Shown here piece by piece: positions 34,238 through 43,100 of a DNA stretch of 43,600 nucleotides (its first letter is position 1; each line of letters starts with the position of its first letter). A program made the position numbers and the translations under genes. Where the stretch lies: IMG/VR virus record IMGVR_UViG_3300033143_002710, one strand, 5' to 3'. Below the pieces are notes generated by a model. That model had not been told where the DNA came from, searched no databases, and was given only the letters and a program-made list of their open reading frames with translations. Origin of the DNA: a virus. Its lineage: Duplodnaviria > Heunggongvirae > Uroviricota > Caudoviricetes.

Positions 34238-34875
34238 TGTGTCAACTCATTGAAGCGGGTGATGAACGCGTTTCTAGCGTCAAGATGGGGAAGACCCTTG
34301 ATTTCATGAGCCGGGCAAACACTCAGGTCGTAATGCTTAACCCAATCTGGGACGACCTTGGCCAGCACAGACGCTTCGACCGCGCAGATGTGCGTGTCGA
34401 TATAGGCCACATCTTCTGGTACGTCGAGTGGCAGACCGTACAGACCGCAGACATTCGACATAACCTTGAATTCGAATTCATCATGACCAGTGATGGAGGC
34501 TTTGAATGGTCTTGGCACATCACTGATGAACGCCTCTGCGTAGTCATGAAGAAGACCGTAGAGTGCATTCTCCGGCGACACAAGTCTCGACACCAGAACG
34601 CAATGCTCCGCTACCGAATAGTGTCTGGAGATGTGGCCGTTGAATCGACAGTTTAACGCCAGTGCATTGGCGACATCTACTATAGGAATGTCCTGAACAT
34701 TGCACTCGTCGACAAAAAACTTTGCGCCAGAGTAGGTCGAAATCCACGATCCACGATCATCGCCCTGCTCGAACACGCCTTTATCATTCAGGTTGGCGTG
34801 TTCGCCCATTGCTATTTCATCTTCACTCATTTCTGTGGCCTTATTGCCATCTCTTATCTTGTCCAAAATACTCAT
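34234..34875 (-). CDS. HD-domain 5'-deoxynucleotidase / dNTP hydrolase
   Basis: RFNGH, YSVAEHC, LLHDYAEAFISD; start 34875 with AAGAGG SD. Confidence 0.88.
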   Translation of the reverse strand: MSILDKIRDGNKATEMSEDEIAMGEHANLNDKGVFEQGDDRGSWISTYSGAKFFVDECNVQDIPIVDVANALALNCRFNGHISRHYSVAEHCVLVSRLVSPENALYGLLHDYAEAFISDVPRPFKASITGHDEFEFKVMSNVCGLYGLPLDVPEDVAYIDTHICAVEASVLAKVVPDWVKHYDLSVCPAHEIKGLPHLDARNAFITRFNELTQ

Positions 34876-34969
34876 GTTGGTTCCTCTTGTGCGAGATTCT
34901 TTCAACGTGGCCCTTGATATAAACCCATCATAGGAACAAGGATGATGCCTCGCGCCAAAGACCACTGTG

Positions 34970-34993
34970 AAAGAATTGGCCCCGAAGGGCCAA
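34970..34993 (-). terminator. Rho-independent terminator after SSB gene
   Basis: TTGGCCC-TTCG-GGGCCAA then TTCTTT. Confidence 0.75.
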
Positions 34994-35006
34994 CTCAATT
35001 TGACGC

Positions 35007-35960
35007 TTAGGTTACGTCTTCCAGATCGGCCAGGTCGAGATTCTCAAGATCGACATCTTCGAGAGAATCTGCTGCTGGTGTTGCAGCGCCTACATCTGCC
35101 ACTGGTGCGGCTGCCACTGGTGCGGCTGCCACTGGTGCGGCTGCCACTGGTGCGGCTGCCACTGGTGCGGCTGCCGTTGGCGATGGAGCGGCAACTGCTG
35201 CTGGCAATGTTGGTTCTGGAGCGACGAGCGTCGGTCTCTTCGGTCCACCAAGTGCCGCCATTGCTTTAGCTCTCTTCTCTTCCGTGATTTGATTCACGAA
35301 GGCGTCGAGATCGACTGCTTGAGTCAGCAAATCAGGGTTCGCAACACTCGAAGTCGGTGCCGCTTGCACCGTGTACTTGGTGTTTCGACCAGTACCCGAA
35401 CGAGTGATGATGATATCAAACCCTGTTGCCAGATCGAATACGTTGATTCCTTCGCCTAGAAAGGACTCAACAATCAGTACGAACTGCTCGAATGCAGTCA
35501 TAGGCAGAGCCAACTGCTTGACTTCTCCGAGAGTGCCACCCGGCGTTCCATCGATATTCTTCGTCCAAGGCGCTGCATTCACGATATGCTTCTGTGCCGA
35601 TTTCGCTTCGCCAATTACTTCGGCTTCTGCGTCTCGACCAGCGGCAATCATTTGCGCCTTGACTGTCAGAATCTGATCGCAGACGTCACACTGCTTTCCA
35701 TAGGTCTTAGCGGAACACGCAACGACAGCGAGCGTTTCTTTGGTTGTCGGGTCTTTGATAAAGTGCTGGCCAAAATCTGCAACCGGCAGCTTATCGAGAT
35801 CACCATCAAATGATGGCATGATGCGCCAGCGAGAATTCCCTGGCGGTGGTACGATAGCAAAATCGCGTTGCCGCTTGGACTCCATGTCCTTTTGCTTGAC
35901 TTTTAGTGCGTCGAGTAAACTCATGTTATATGTTCCTTCAAGTAAATGGCCTTTCGGCAA
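35007..35960 (-). CDS. ssDNA-binding protein (gp32-like)
   Basis: WRIMP, QHF, C...CDVC metal site, TKYTV, acidic C-tail; start may be MSLLD. Confidence 0.7.
   Translation of the reverse strand: MPKGHLLEGTYNMSLLDALKVKQKDMESKRQRDFAIVPPPGNSRWRIMPSFDGDLDKLPVADFGQHFIKDPTTKETLAVVACSAKTYGKQCDVCDQILTVKAQMIAAGRDAEAEVIGEAKSAQKHIVNAAPWTKNIDGTPGGTLGEVKQLALPMTAFEQFVLIVESFLGEGINVFDLATGFDIIITRSGTGRNTKYTVQAAPTSSVANPDLLTQAVDLDAFVNQITEEKRAKAMAALGGPKRPTLVAPEPTLPAAVAAPSPTAAAPVAAAPVAAAPVAAAPVAAAPVADVGAATPAADSLEDVDLENLDLADLEDVT
35096..35175. repeat. 15-bp coding tandem repeat, 5.3 copies
   Basis: (ACTGGTGCGGCTGCC)x5 perfect; encodes AAAPV repeats. Confidence 0.97.
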
Positions 35961-36021
35961 ATGGTCATAGTGACTTACATATTATAGCGTGAAAATCACA
36001 TGGTTTAAGGTTTCCCGATAT

Positions 36022-36672
36022 TTACACGCAATCAGAAATATCAGGTGGAGGCTCTACCACTTCTGTCACCGCAGCGATGGGCGTACCAAACAAACTATCT
36101 GCCGGTAAAATCTCTACAGATGATATCGCATCGACAGGTTGCTCTGTTGATTGCGAGTCGGCTGCTGGTGGTGCCTGTATATTTGGTATGACTGGTGATG
36201 ACAGTCTTTGCCCTGCCTGTAGATTCTTGTTAATCTGCACCAGCATATCGCGCTTGACCTTCACGGCATCACGAGCTTCCGTACATGCCGCAAGCACAGC
36301 GGCCGCCTCGTTAAGTGACAACTCCGCTTCGACCATACCTCTGTTGCCAGTGACCTTTGCTGCGACCTGTGGATTGGTTGGCTTTTCTTCTGCCTCAATC
36401 GCTTCGTCGCGAATCTTCTTCTCCAATAAAGCCGCCAGAAGATTTCGTCTGCTCTTGAACCCATCTCGTTGAATTCTTGCCTTCGCTACCAACAAACCGT
36501 AACGAGCGAAGATTGACGACAGGCCCAACAGTTCGTTCATCACGTTGTTAGGATTGATGATCGTGTCTTTTGTCACCTGCTCGATGCTGATGAATTGTCT
36601 GACTAAAGGCGCAGTCTCGATATCCATCGGAACTCTCGCGTCATCAAGTAAATCGGTATTTTCTTCACTCAT
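36022..36672 (-). CDS. putative UvsY-like recombination mediator / coiled-coil protein
   Basis: Helical heptads, KRDML motif, lies between DnaE and SSB. Confidence 0.45.
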   Translation of the reverse strand: MSEENTDLLDDARVPMDIETAPLVRQFISIEQVTKDTIINPNNVMNELLGLSSIFARYGLLVAKARIQRDGFKSRRNLLAALLEKKIRDEAIEAEEKPTNPQVAAKVTGNRGMVEAELSLNEAAAVLAACTEARDAVKVKRDMLVQINKNLQAGQRLSSPVIPNIQAPPAADSQSTEQPVDAISSVEILPADSLFGTPIAAVTEVVEPPPDISDCV

Positions 36673-39600
36673 GCTATTGCCTCCGCAACTTGTGCAAATA
36701 GATCGTTGAGAATGTCTTGCTTGTTATCATCGAACGTTATAGCTGCGGGATTGAAGCCGACAAACATACTGCACTCCCGCTCTGGGTCGTATATGATCTT
36801 ACCAACTGAGTCTGCACCTGGTTTGATGCTTGGTGTTAATTCTCTTATGACTGAGTTGCCGAGCATAATGATAATTGGAGGCTTCAGTATTTCCATCTCC
36901 AAATCCAAAAACTGTTTGCAGCCGTTAATCTGTTCATTGGACAGTAGGGTGTCGAGTTTCTTGGCCTTCACTAGACTGGTAAAATAACCCTGTCCAACTT
37001 CCAGCCCCGCTTTTGATATTGCTTCGCGCACATAGTTTGAAGCCTTACCGCTGAGCATCTTATTGTCATTCTCCTCAGAGAAGTTCGGACAGTCAGTGAT
37101 AACCATAAAGCTGGCCTTGCCACCCAATCGTGGTATCGGATGAACCAGTCCAGAGAGGTCGCACTTGTCACATGTCTCGCATGGCTTGATGACCTCAGTT
37201 ATTAAGCGACCCTTCGCTTTAACCCCCTGATTAATGGTTCGGTCGGACTTCACCACTGATATCATCAGACCAGGCATGAGTTCCAGTTGCTTCGGCAGTC
37301 TGCTTGTGTCGAGCGGGCTAATCTCATCGTCTTCGATCAGGGTTAGTGCGCCAACGTCACGCAAGTTTGCCTTGTGTCGCTTGTTAAAGGTTCGACCGGT
37401 AGTTCGTTCTTCAAGATCATCAAAATTCTTAAATGGCCCTCCAGCTTCTCTGACCTCGATCAGATGATTGGCGGTCTTGTCTGATATCTGTTTGACGCGA
37501 TTGAACGGTGAGATTAGAACCGGCCCACCTTCAGTATCGAATATCTCAAAGCGATTGGTCGATGTGTTGATCTCAGGTGGCAATACTTTGATGCCGTTCT
37601 TTATCGCCGCTCTGACTAGATTTTCCAGCTTCTCCTCTTTCAGAATCGACAGTGTTGCGGCATAGAATGCCTCTGGATAATGAACCTTCAGATACATCGT
37701 CCAGAATGAAATGATTGTGTACTCGACCGCGTGGCTCTTGTTGAAGGCGTAACCCGCGAACATCTCAATTTGATTGAACAGTTTCTCGGCCGCCTTTCTG
37801 GGAAATCCAGACGTTGTTTCTGCGCCGTCCACAAATCTATCCCGCCATTTTGCCATAGCGACAGGATCTTTCTTGCCCATCGCCTTTCTGATGTGATCGG
37901 CATCAGCACCACTAAATCCGCAGAGTGACTTACAGACTTTCGACACTTGCTCCTGATAGATGATAACACCGTCGGTTGCCTTAAGTGCAGACTCCAAACA
38001 GGGGTGCGCATACGTGGGCATCTTGAGACCCTGTTGAATAGCGACGTAATCATCCAAAAGACCGGACTCTTTCGGGCCAGGTCGATACAGTGATGTCGTC
38101 GCAGTAAGGTGGTCGAACGTCAGTGTGCCAACGCCCAAAGAGAGGTCGCTAAGCAACTTACGCATACCCGGAGACTCGAACTGGAACACCCCTGCTGTGT
38201 CAGCTTTTGAGAACGCTTCTAACGTAGCCTTGTCGTCCAATCTGATGTCGTACAAGTCTATCTCTTTTCCTTTGCGCTCGTGGATATACTGGAGTGCTAA
38301 CTGTAGAACATCGAGATTGGATAGCCCAAGAATGTCCATCTTAACCAGGCCCATGTCTTCGACTGTTCGCTTGTCGAAGCCTACCGCTGGTTCGTCTTTT
38401 GAATAATCTACAACCGCTCTGTTGACTAGCGGTTCACCAGCCACAACAATTCCTGCTGCATGGCGTCCGAGTGTTCTGTTAGTACCCTGTAGTGCGACTG
38501 CATTTTCCCATACTTCCGGGAACTTATCGGCAAAGCTCTCCAAGCCTGGAACAGCTTCTTTAGCGTCTTGCAGCGATACAGACTTACCTCCAGCTTCGTC
38601 CGGCACAAGTTTCGATACGAACATGATCTTTTGCGGAACCTCGAACACTCGTCCAACGTCACGCAACGCACCTTTAGATGCTATGGTGTTGAAGTTGACG
38701 ATACCCGCCACACATTCTTGGCCGTACTTCTCTTTCAAATACTCGCCAATCTCGTGTCGCCGTGACGATTGAAAATCGAGGTCGGCATCTGGTAAGTCGA
38801 TTCTATCTGGATTGATGAACCGCTCAAAGAGCAGGCCATGTCTGATTGGGTCAACGTCTGTAATTCCCAAGAGATAGGCAACGAGTGAACCACCAACTGA
38901 ACCACGCCCTGGCCCGACTAAAATGCCAGCATTGCGCGACCATGTAACCAAGTCCTCAACCAGCAGAAAGTACCGCTCGAAATTCATAGACTCAATGGTG
39001 CCGAGTTCCATTCGTAATCGCTGCAAGTATTCCGTCTTCTGGGAGTTACTAGGTTTGTAGCCCATCATATCTCGATGCAGCCTGCTAGACCATCCAGCGA
39101 GACATTTCTCCTTGAGCATTTGCATCTCAGTCTTACCACCTTCTGACATGTCGGGCAGTGAAGCCTCTAGCGGTTCGAATTTGTAATTTGCTTCTGCAAG
39201 AAAAGTCTCTAGAGCTTTGTCTTCTGGCGACCCGCCATCTGGAAATCCCTCTTGAACCTCTGTTGGTGTCAGCACATGCAGATCGTCATACCAAAGTTCC
39301 GTTCGCCAGGGCTTGGTGATTGTCGTGTGGTTGATGATCGCCGCCATCGTGTCAAACGCTTTCACTTTGCCTTCTGGATACAGCACTGGTCGCGTACACA
39401 GATACTTGTGCCATGTTCCGTCTGATAACGCAACGTTGATTCCTCTGAAGTACGGCCCTGAATGCGCTTGATTCTGGTACAGAAAATTCTCTCCAAGCTC
39501 CTTTCTACCAGCCTTCAACCACGCCGGATTTTCAGCCACCGATTTTACGTCACCGGTCGTTACTATCACGTTGCCTGTGCAAGCGTGATCTAACAGTTCC

Positions 39601-39959
39601 GCCCATGATACTCGCGGCTTATAGTAGAAGTGATCTGCGTCAGTCGCCAAAGTCAGCATGTAAAGAAGCTCCTCCCAACCCTTTTGATTCTTCGGCCAAA
39701 CCATAGGGTAGTATTCTGGGATTTTCTTTTCACGTAGGCTCGAGTCTTCGACGCATCGAATTCGACAGCCGATTACCGGTCTGATCTCATGAGTCTTACA
39801 CGCCTTCACGAACGATGGCATTGAGGATACTGTCATCGTATCTGCCAGACCAAGAACCTTGTGTCCATATCCGGCAGCAGTCGCTACGTAATCCGACACG
39901 CTAATAATCCCCTCGCCAAACGAGAAGTCGGATCGTGCTATCAGCAAGGCGCTATTCAT
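36669..39959 (-). CDS. dnaE: DNA polymerase III alpha-like with C-terminal UDG-like domain
   Basis: PHP region, GPGRGSVGGSLVAY, PDADLDF, KMDILGL, YAFNKSH; start MNSALL at 39959 (GAGGTG SD, ATGA coupling). Confidence 0.95.
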   Translation of the reverse strand: MNSALLIARSDFSFGEGIISVSDYVATAAGYGHKVLGLADTMTVSSMPSFVKACKTHEIRPVIGCRIRCVEDSSLREKKIPEYYPMVWPKNQKGWEELLYMLTLATDADHFYYKPRVSWAELLDHACTGNVIVTTGDVKSVAENPAWLKAGRKELGENFLYQNQAHSGPYFRGINVALSDGTWHKYLCTRPVLYPEGKVKAFDTMAAIINHTTITKPWRTELWYDDLHVLTPTEVQEGFPDGGSPEDKALETFLAEANYKFEPLEASLPDMSEGGKTEMQMLKEKCLAGWSSRLHRDMMGYKPSNSQKTEYLQRLRMELGTIESMNFERYFLLVEDLVTWSRNAGILVGPGRGSVGGSLVAYLLGITDVDPIRHGLLFERFINPDRIDLPDADLDFQSSRRHEIGEYLKEKYGQECVAGIVNFNTIASKGALRDVGRVFEVPQKIMFVSKLVPDEAGGKSVSLQDAKEAVPGLESFADKFPEVWENAVALQGTNRTLGRHAAGIVVAGEPLVNRAVVDYSKDEPAVGFDKRTVEDMGLVKMDILGLSNLDVLQLALQYIHERKGKEIDLYDIRLDDKATLEAFSKADTAGVFQFESPGMRKLLSDLSLGVGTLTFDHLTATTSLYRPGPKESGLLDDYVAIQQGLKMPTYAHPCLESALKATDGVIIYQEQVSKVCKSLCGFSGADADHIRKAMGKKDPVAMAKWRDRFVDGAETTSGFPRKAAEKLFNQIEMFAGYAFNKSHAVEYTIISFWTMYLKVHYPEAFYAATLSILKEEKLENLVRAAIKNGIKVLPPEINTSTNRFEIFDTEGGPVLISPFNRVKQISDKTANHLIEVREAGGPFKNFDDLEERTTGRTFNKRHKANLRDVGALTLIEDDEISPLDTSRLPKQLELMPGLMISVVKSDRTINQGVKAKGRLITEVIKPCETCDKCDLSGLVHPIPRLGGKASFMVITDCPNFSEENDNKMLSGKASNYVREAISKAGLEVGQGYFTSLVKAKKLDTLLSNEQINGCKQFLDLEMEILKPPIIIMLGNSVIRELTPSIKPGADSVGKIIYDPERECSMFVGFNPAAITFDDNKQDILNDLFAQVAEAIA

Positions 39960-40123
39960 TGCCACCTCTCGTTGTCGTCCAGAAATTTGCCGACTATCCA
40001 CTGAGCATACCATATGCCAAAATCAATCTCGATTTCCTCACGAGCGGTCAGTTCACTCTTCGACTGCCAAGTGCTGCGACTGTCCGCTACATCATATAAT
40101 TCTTCTTGAATTTGAGGAGTCAT
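39956..40123 (-). CDS. small acidic protein (55 aa, not in ORF track)
   Basis: MTPQIQEELY...ERWQ; ATGA-coupled on both sides. Confidence 0.6.
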   Translation of the reverse strand: MTPQIQEELYDVADSRSTWQSKSELTAREEIEIDFGIWYAQWIVGKFLDDNERWQ

Positions 40124-40674
40124 TTTGGCATCTCCGGTTCGTAGATTTTGTTTTGCCAGATATACTCTACGTTATCCCAATCACAGCCGCCGAAGCAGTC
40201 GCTACCGTATGGTTCGCCAGTCTCCTCATCGATTCCTTTTATGCTGAACAAGCCTCGATATGATGGAAAATCATACAGCATGGAACCGGCTTCGCCTGGT
40301 TCGGAGTCACCCTCGTAAACCACCCAATACAAACCAGGCTCGAGTGCGTCGAACTGATGTTTGTCATCATGATCGACCTCAATCCAATTGTCCGACGCTT
40401 CAATTTCATCTGGCATAAATCTCTCCTTCAACGTGTCGACCTCGACAAACTCTACCGTGTCGAGTCGTTGTGCGATTTGTCCCGCTTGGAACTCGTCTTT
40501 ATGAGCCTCCCAAAAACCACGGCAACAAACATCGTCGCTATGGTGGCAGATGCGATGACCCTTAAAGCCTATGTGCGGGTCTCGCACATCTTCCTCTAAA
40601 AGCTCCAAATCAAGATTTGAATCTGGCCTGTAAATACAGGTCGAACACATTCTTTTTTGTACTTTGAATCCCAT
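40120..40674 (-). CDS. two-part hypothetical protein (Cys/His domain + acidic domain)
   Basis: CSTC...CHH...CC then acidic half with internal SD. Confidence 0.7.
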   Translation of the reverse strand: MGFKVQKRMCSTCIYRPDSNLDLELLEEDVRDPHIGFKGHRICHHSDDVCCRGFWEAHKDEFQAGQIAQRLDTVEFVEVDTLKERFMPDEIEASDNWIEVDHDDKHQFDALEPGLYWVVYEGDSEPGEAGSMLYDFPSYRGLFSIKGIDEETGEPYGSDCFGGCDWDNVEYIWQNKIYEPEMPK

Positions 40675-41222
40675 TATAGCTCAATCGTTTTGACCGTTTG
40701 CCCATCGACCTTCACCAGATTGAGAGCGGCGAAGATTGATGTGCATATTCCTACGTGTGAGTTGGCCGTACCACGGGTCCATTTGAATTCCAAACAGAAC
40801 TTTTCAGCCAGGTCACGTTTCTTGTACCCGCCCTTCAAAACTTGATCGAATGCGAAGGCTAAGAACTTTGGCTTATCCTGAAGCGGATTGAACAGTCCCA
40901 TTAAACCCGCTTTCAAATCAATGCCGCGTTTCTCCACACTTCCGTATGTTTCTCTTGCTTTGACGGTCATTATTCCTCTTTTTGTCTCTGATACACCAGA
41001 CATGTGCGACACAACAGCACTCTGCCTGGTCGTTGGCTTCGTCAGTCGCTCTGTAACAGCAGGTTTCTGCTTGGATAGCTCAACGCTAACCCCAAGTTTA
41101 CGAAGTCGCTGAGCGCGATCTGACACGCTCTCGCTACAAGCCGCACTGTCATTGCACGACTGGCATATCTGACTGTCAGGATTGTGCGTGACTATGTGTC
41201 CAAAGCAGCCTTTAATTCCCAT
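40674..41222 (-). CDS. Zn-finger + putative winged-helix protein
   Basis: CF...CQSC...C; WTRGTANSHV. Confidence 0.65.
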   Translation of the reverse strand: MGIKGCFGHIVTHNPDSQICQSCNDSAACSESVSDRAQRLRKLGVSVELSKQKPAVTERLTKPTTRQSAVVSHMSGVSETKRGIMTVKARETYGSVEKRGIDLKAGLMGLFNPLQDKPKFLAFAFDQVLKGGYKKRDLAEKFCLEFKWTRGTANSHVGICTSIFAALNLVKVDGQTVKTIEL

Positions 41223-41877
41223 ATTGGATTCTCCAGAGTTCCGTCTTGATACTCTTGAACTCGTACTCTCCTATACCCCAGATGACTCTCGCGATCTCGG
41301 CTATGACAATAATGTCAGGTGGTGCATTTCCAGCGGGTCTGATATTCATTTCTCGTCTCAGTTTGGCCTGTTCTTTTGCGGCGTCAAACTCTTCTCGTAA
41401 CCAATCTGGCGGCGCAAGCATGAGTCGATAGATTATTCTTGCCTTTGGGCTGAGTGATTCCATTCTGGCGTCAACGTCCTCTTGCATCTCAAGCAACACA
41501 TCAGGCTCATACATCGCCCCTATATCCAGAACCTCTTCCAACGTCTTTGTTATACCCTCTTCATTGCTCACCGGCTGATTGATGCTGTCCATTCTAGCCG
41601 ACACACCATGTTTAATATTGCCGTTGTTGTGGACGTATCTATTCAAATTGGTAAGAACCGCTCGATGCAAGTAGGTTGTAAACTTGACGCCATATTGAGG
41701 ATCAAACTTCTCGCAAGATTGCATCCAAGTCATGGCTCCCTCTTGTATCAAGTCCTCGATTGATATGCGATGTTCGAGCCTGGCGGCCATGACTCGACCA
41801 AAAACCTTATGAGCTATTCCGCACACCATCTTCTCGATTGAGGGCCACTTTCGAAACTTGTCATCGTCGACTAGCAT
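41212..41877 (-). CDS. sigma70-family-like phage transcription factor
   Basis: Region 2 match EDLIQEG...EKFDPQYGVKFTTY; region-4-like LSPKARII. Confidence 0.75.
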   Translation of the reverse strand: MLVDDDKFRKWPSIEKMVCGIAHKVFGRVMAARLEHRISIEDLIQEGAMTWMQSCEKFDPQYGVKFTTYLHRAVLTNLNRYVHNNGNIKHGVSARMDSINQPVSNEEGITKTLEEVLDIGAMYEPDVLLEMQEDVDARMESLSPKARIIYRLMLAPPDWLREEFDAAKEQAKLRREMNIRPAGNAPPDIIVIAEIARVIWGIGEYEFKSIKTELWRIQYGN

Positions 41878-41878
41878 C

Positions 41879-43018
41879 CTATGCGAATATCCGTTGCGCT
41901 AGCTGCCTCGCTACTTCGCGGTCAATGGTTGATAATCTATTGACGTACGCCAGTTCCAGGCCCTTGATGAAATCCCCTCGCATCGTACCAATCTTACCGG
42001 CATGAATGAGAGCGCGTGGTGATACGGGCATTGACATCTCGCTTGCGTCCACCAACTTTCGAATTTTGTTGCCGAACTTCACCAGTAAATCCGCATCCTT
42101 CTTGTGAAGATTCGCCTGAGACTGCAAAATCAGGGTCTCGATCTTTGCGTCCATGTAGTTGACCTTCTCTACGATTGCGAATCTCTCGTAGTTGGCGGCG
42201 TTCTGTAATTGGGTGCCCTGATATAGACCGGACTCATCGCCAACTCCGTTGGTATTGCCAGTCGCTACAAACCTGAAGTTCGGATGCGGCTTGACTACGC
42301 GCCATTCACCCTCTGCTTCTTTGATGACTAGCGGCTTGCCTTCCAACACTGGTTGGTAAACGGAAAGAACATGTGGAACGCCGAAGTCGTATTCGTCAGC
42401 TAGATATATCCAGCCGTGCTTCATCGCCAATGGTAAAGGCCCTGGCTTAAACATCGTCTCGTTTCCTCGCAAGACCATGTGGCCGAGAATATTTGATTCC
42501 TCTGTGTTGAGGGTGTGTTGTACTCGAAGAACGGGTCGATTGATTCGAGCAGCCACTTGCTCGTGTGCGGAAGTTTTACCGGTTCCAGCATGACCCCAAA
42601 GATAGACGGGCATCGATTCTGACAGGCCCATAAGAATGATCTTGGTGAGGGCAATATTGTAGACGTAATTGCGATCAATCTCAGGCACCATATCTTGATG
42701 ATCGTGCTTACCTAATATGGCGATATTTATCGGCGCACCAGATGGTGTCATTGCCTCTGGTGCTGTGCCTAGTTCGAATACTTCGTGGAATGGCGCACGA
42801 GAGTCTTTGTCGCCTAGCTCACGAGCTTTGTATATCTTTTCCGCCGCCTTATCATCGAGAATTCTCTTAACCCTGTCAGATATGACGGGTGCATCTGGAT
42901 ACTTCTTTTTGTACTTCTCAAGGCTCCAGCCCTCATCTTTGTGCGCCGTCACGAGATGCTTTTTGATCGCGTGAACCTCTGCGCTACAAATTTGACATAC
43001 TATCTTTTCCTCACCCAT
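41879..43018 (-). CDS. MoxR-type AAA+ ATPase (CobS/CbbQ-like) with N-terminal C2H2-like finger
   Basis: GHAGTGKTS, LADEYD, ATGNT, YERF; CQIC...HLVTAH. Confidence 0.9.
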   Translation of the reverse strand: MGEEKIVCQICSAEVHAIKKHLVTAHKDEGWSLEKYKKKYPDAPVISDRVKRILDDKAAEKIYKARELGDKDSRAPFHEVFELGTAPEAMTPSGAPINIAILGKHDHQDMVPEIDRNYVYNIALTKIILMGLSESMPVYLWGHAGTGKTSAHEQVAARINRPVLRVQHTLNTEESNILGHMVLRGNETMFKPGPLPLAMKHGWIYLADEYDFGVPHVLSVYQPVLEGKPLVIKEAEGEWRVVKPHPNFRFVATGNTNGVGDESGLYQGTQLQNAANYERFAIVEKVNYMDAKIETLILQSQANLHKKDADLLVKFGNKIRKLVDASEMSMPVSPRALIHAGKIGTMRGDFIKGLELAYVNRLSTIDREVARQLAQRIFA

Positions 43019-43100
43019 GTTGCTACCTCACTTGTTAGATGTTTGCAGTTGATTTGCCAATCTTACAGCAATGGTATAAGAACGCAAATTCTCCCGTAGG

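Noticed and set aside
33797-34875. Definitive Z-genome (2-aminoadenine) call
   Set aside because: No PurZ in the window; this hydrolase pair also occurs in unmodified phages
34876-34998. Extended N-termini in the track (34998, 40013, 20140, 9528, 7808, 32085)
   Set aside because: They cross terminators or upstream genes; downstream starts have SDs or stop/start coupling
35096-35175. CRISPR array
   Set aside because: Contiguous in-frame units with no spacers
21322-40013. Inteins or introns in NrdJ, RecA or DnaE
   Set aside because: Lengths are near normal and no intein or LAGLIDADG motifs were seen
135-42974. Plus-strand ORFs in the track
   Set aside because: Nearly all are shadows of well-supported minus-strand genes, without SDs or recognisable motifs
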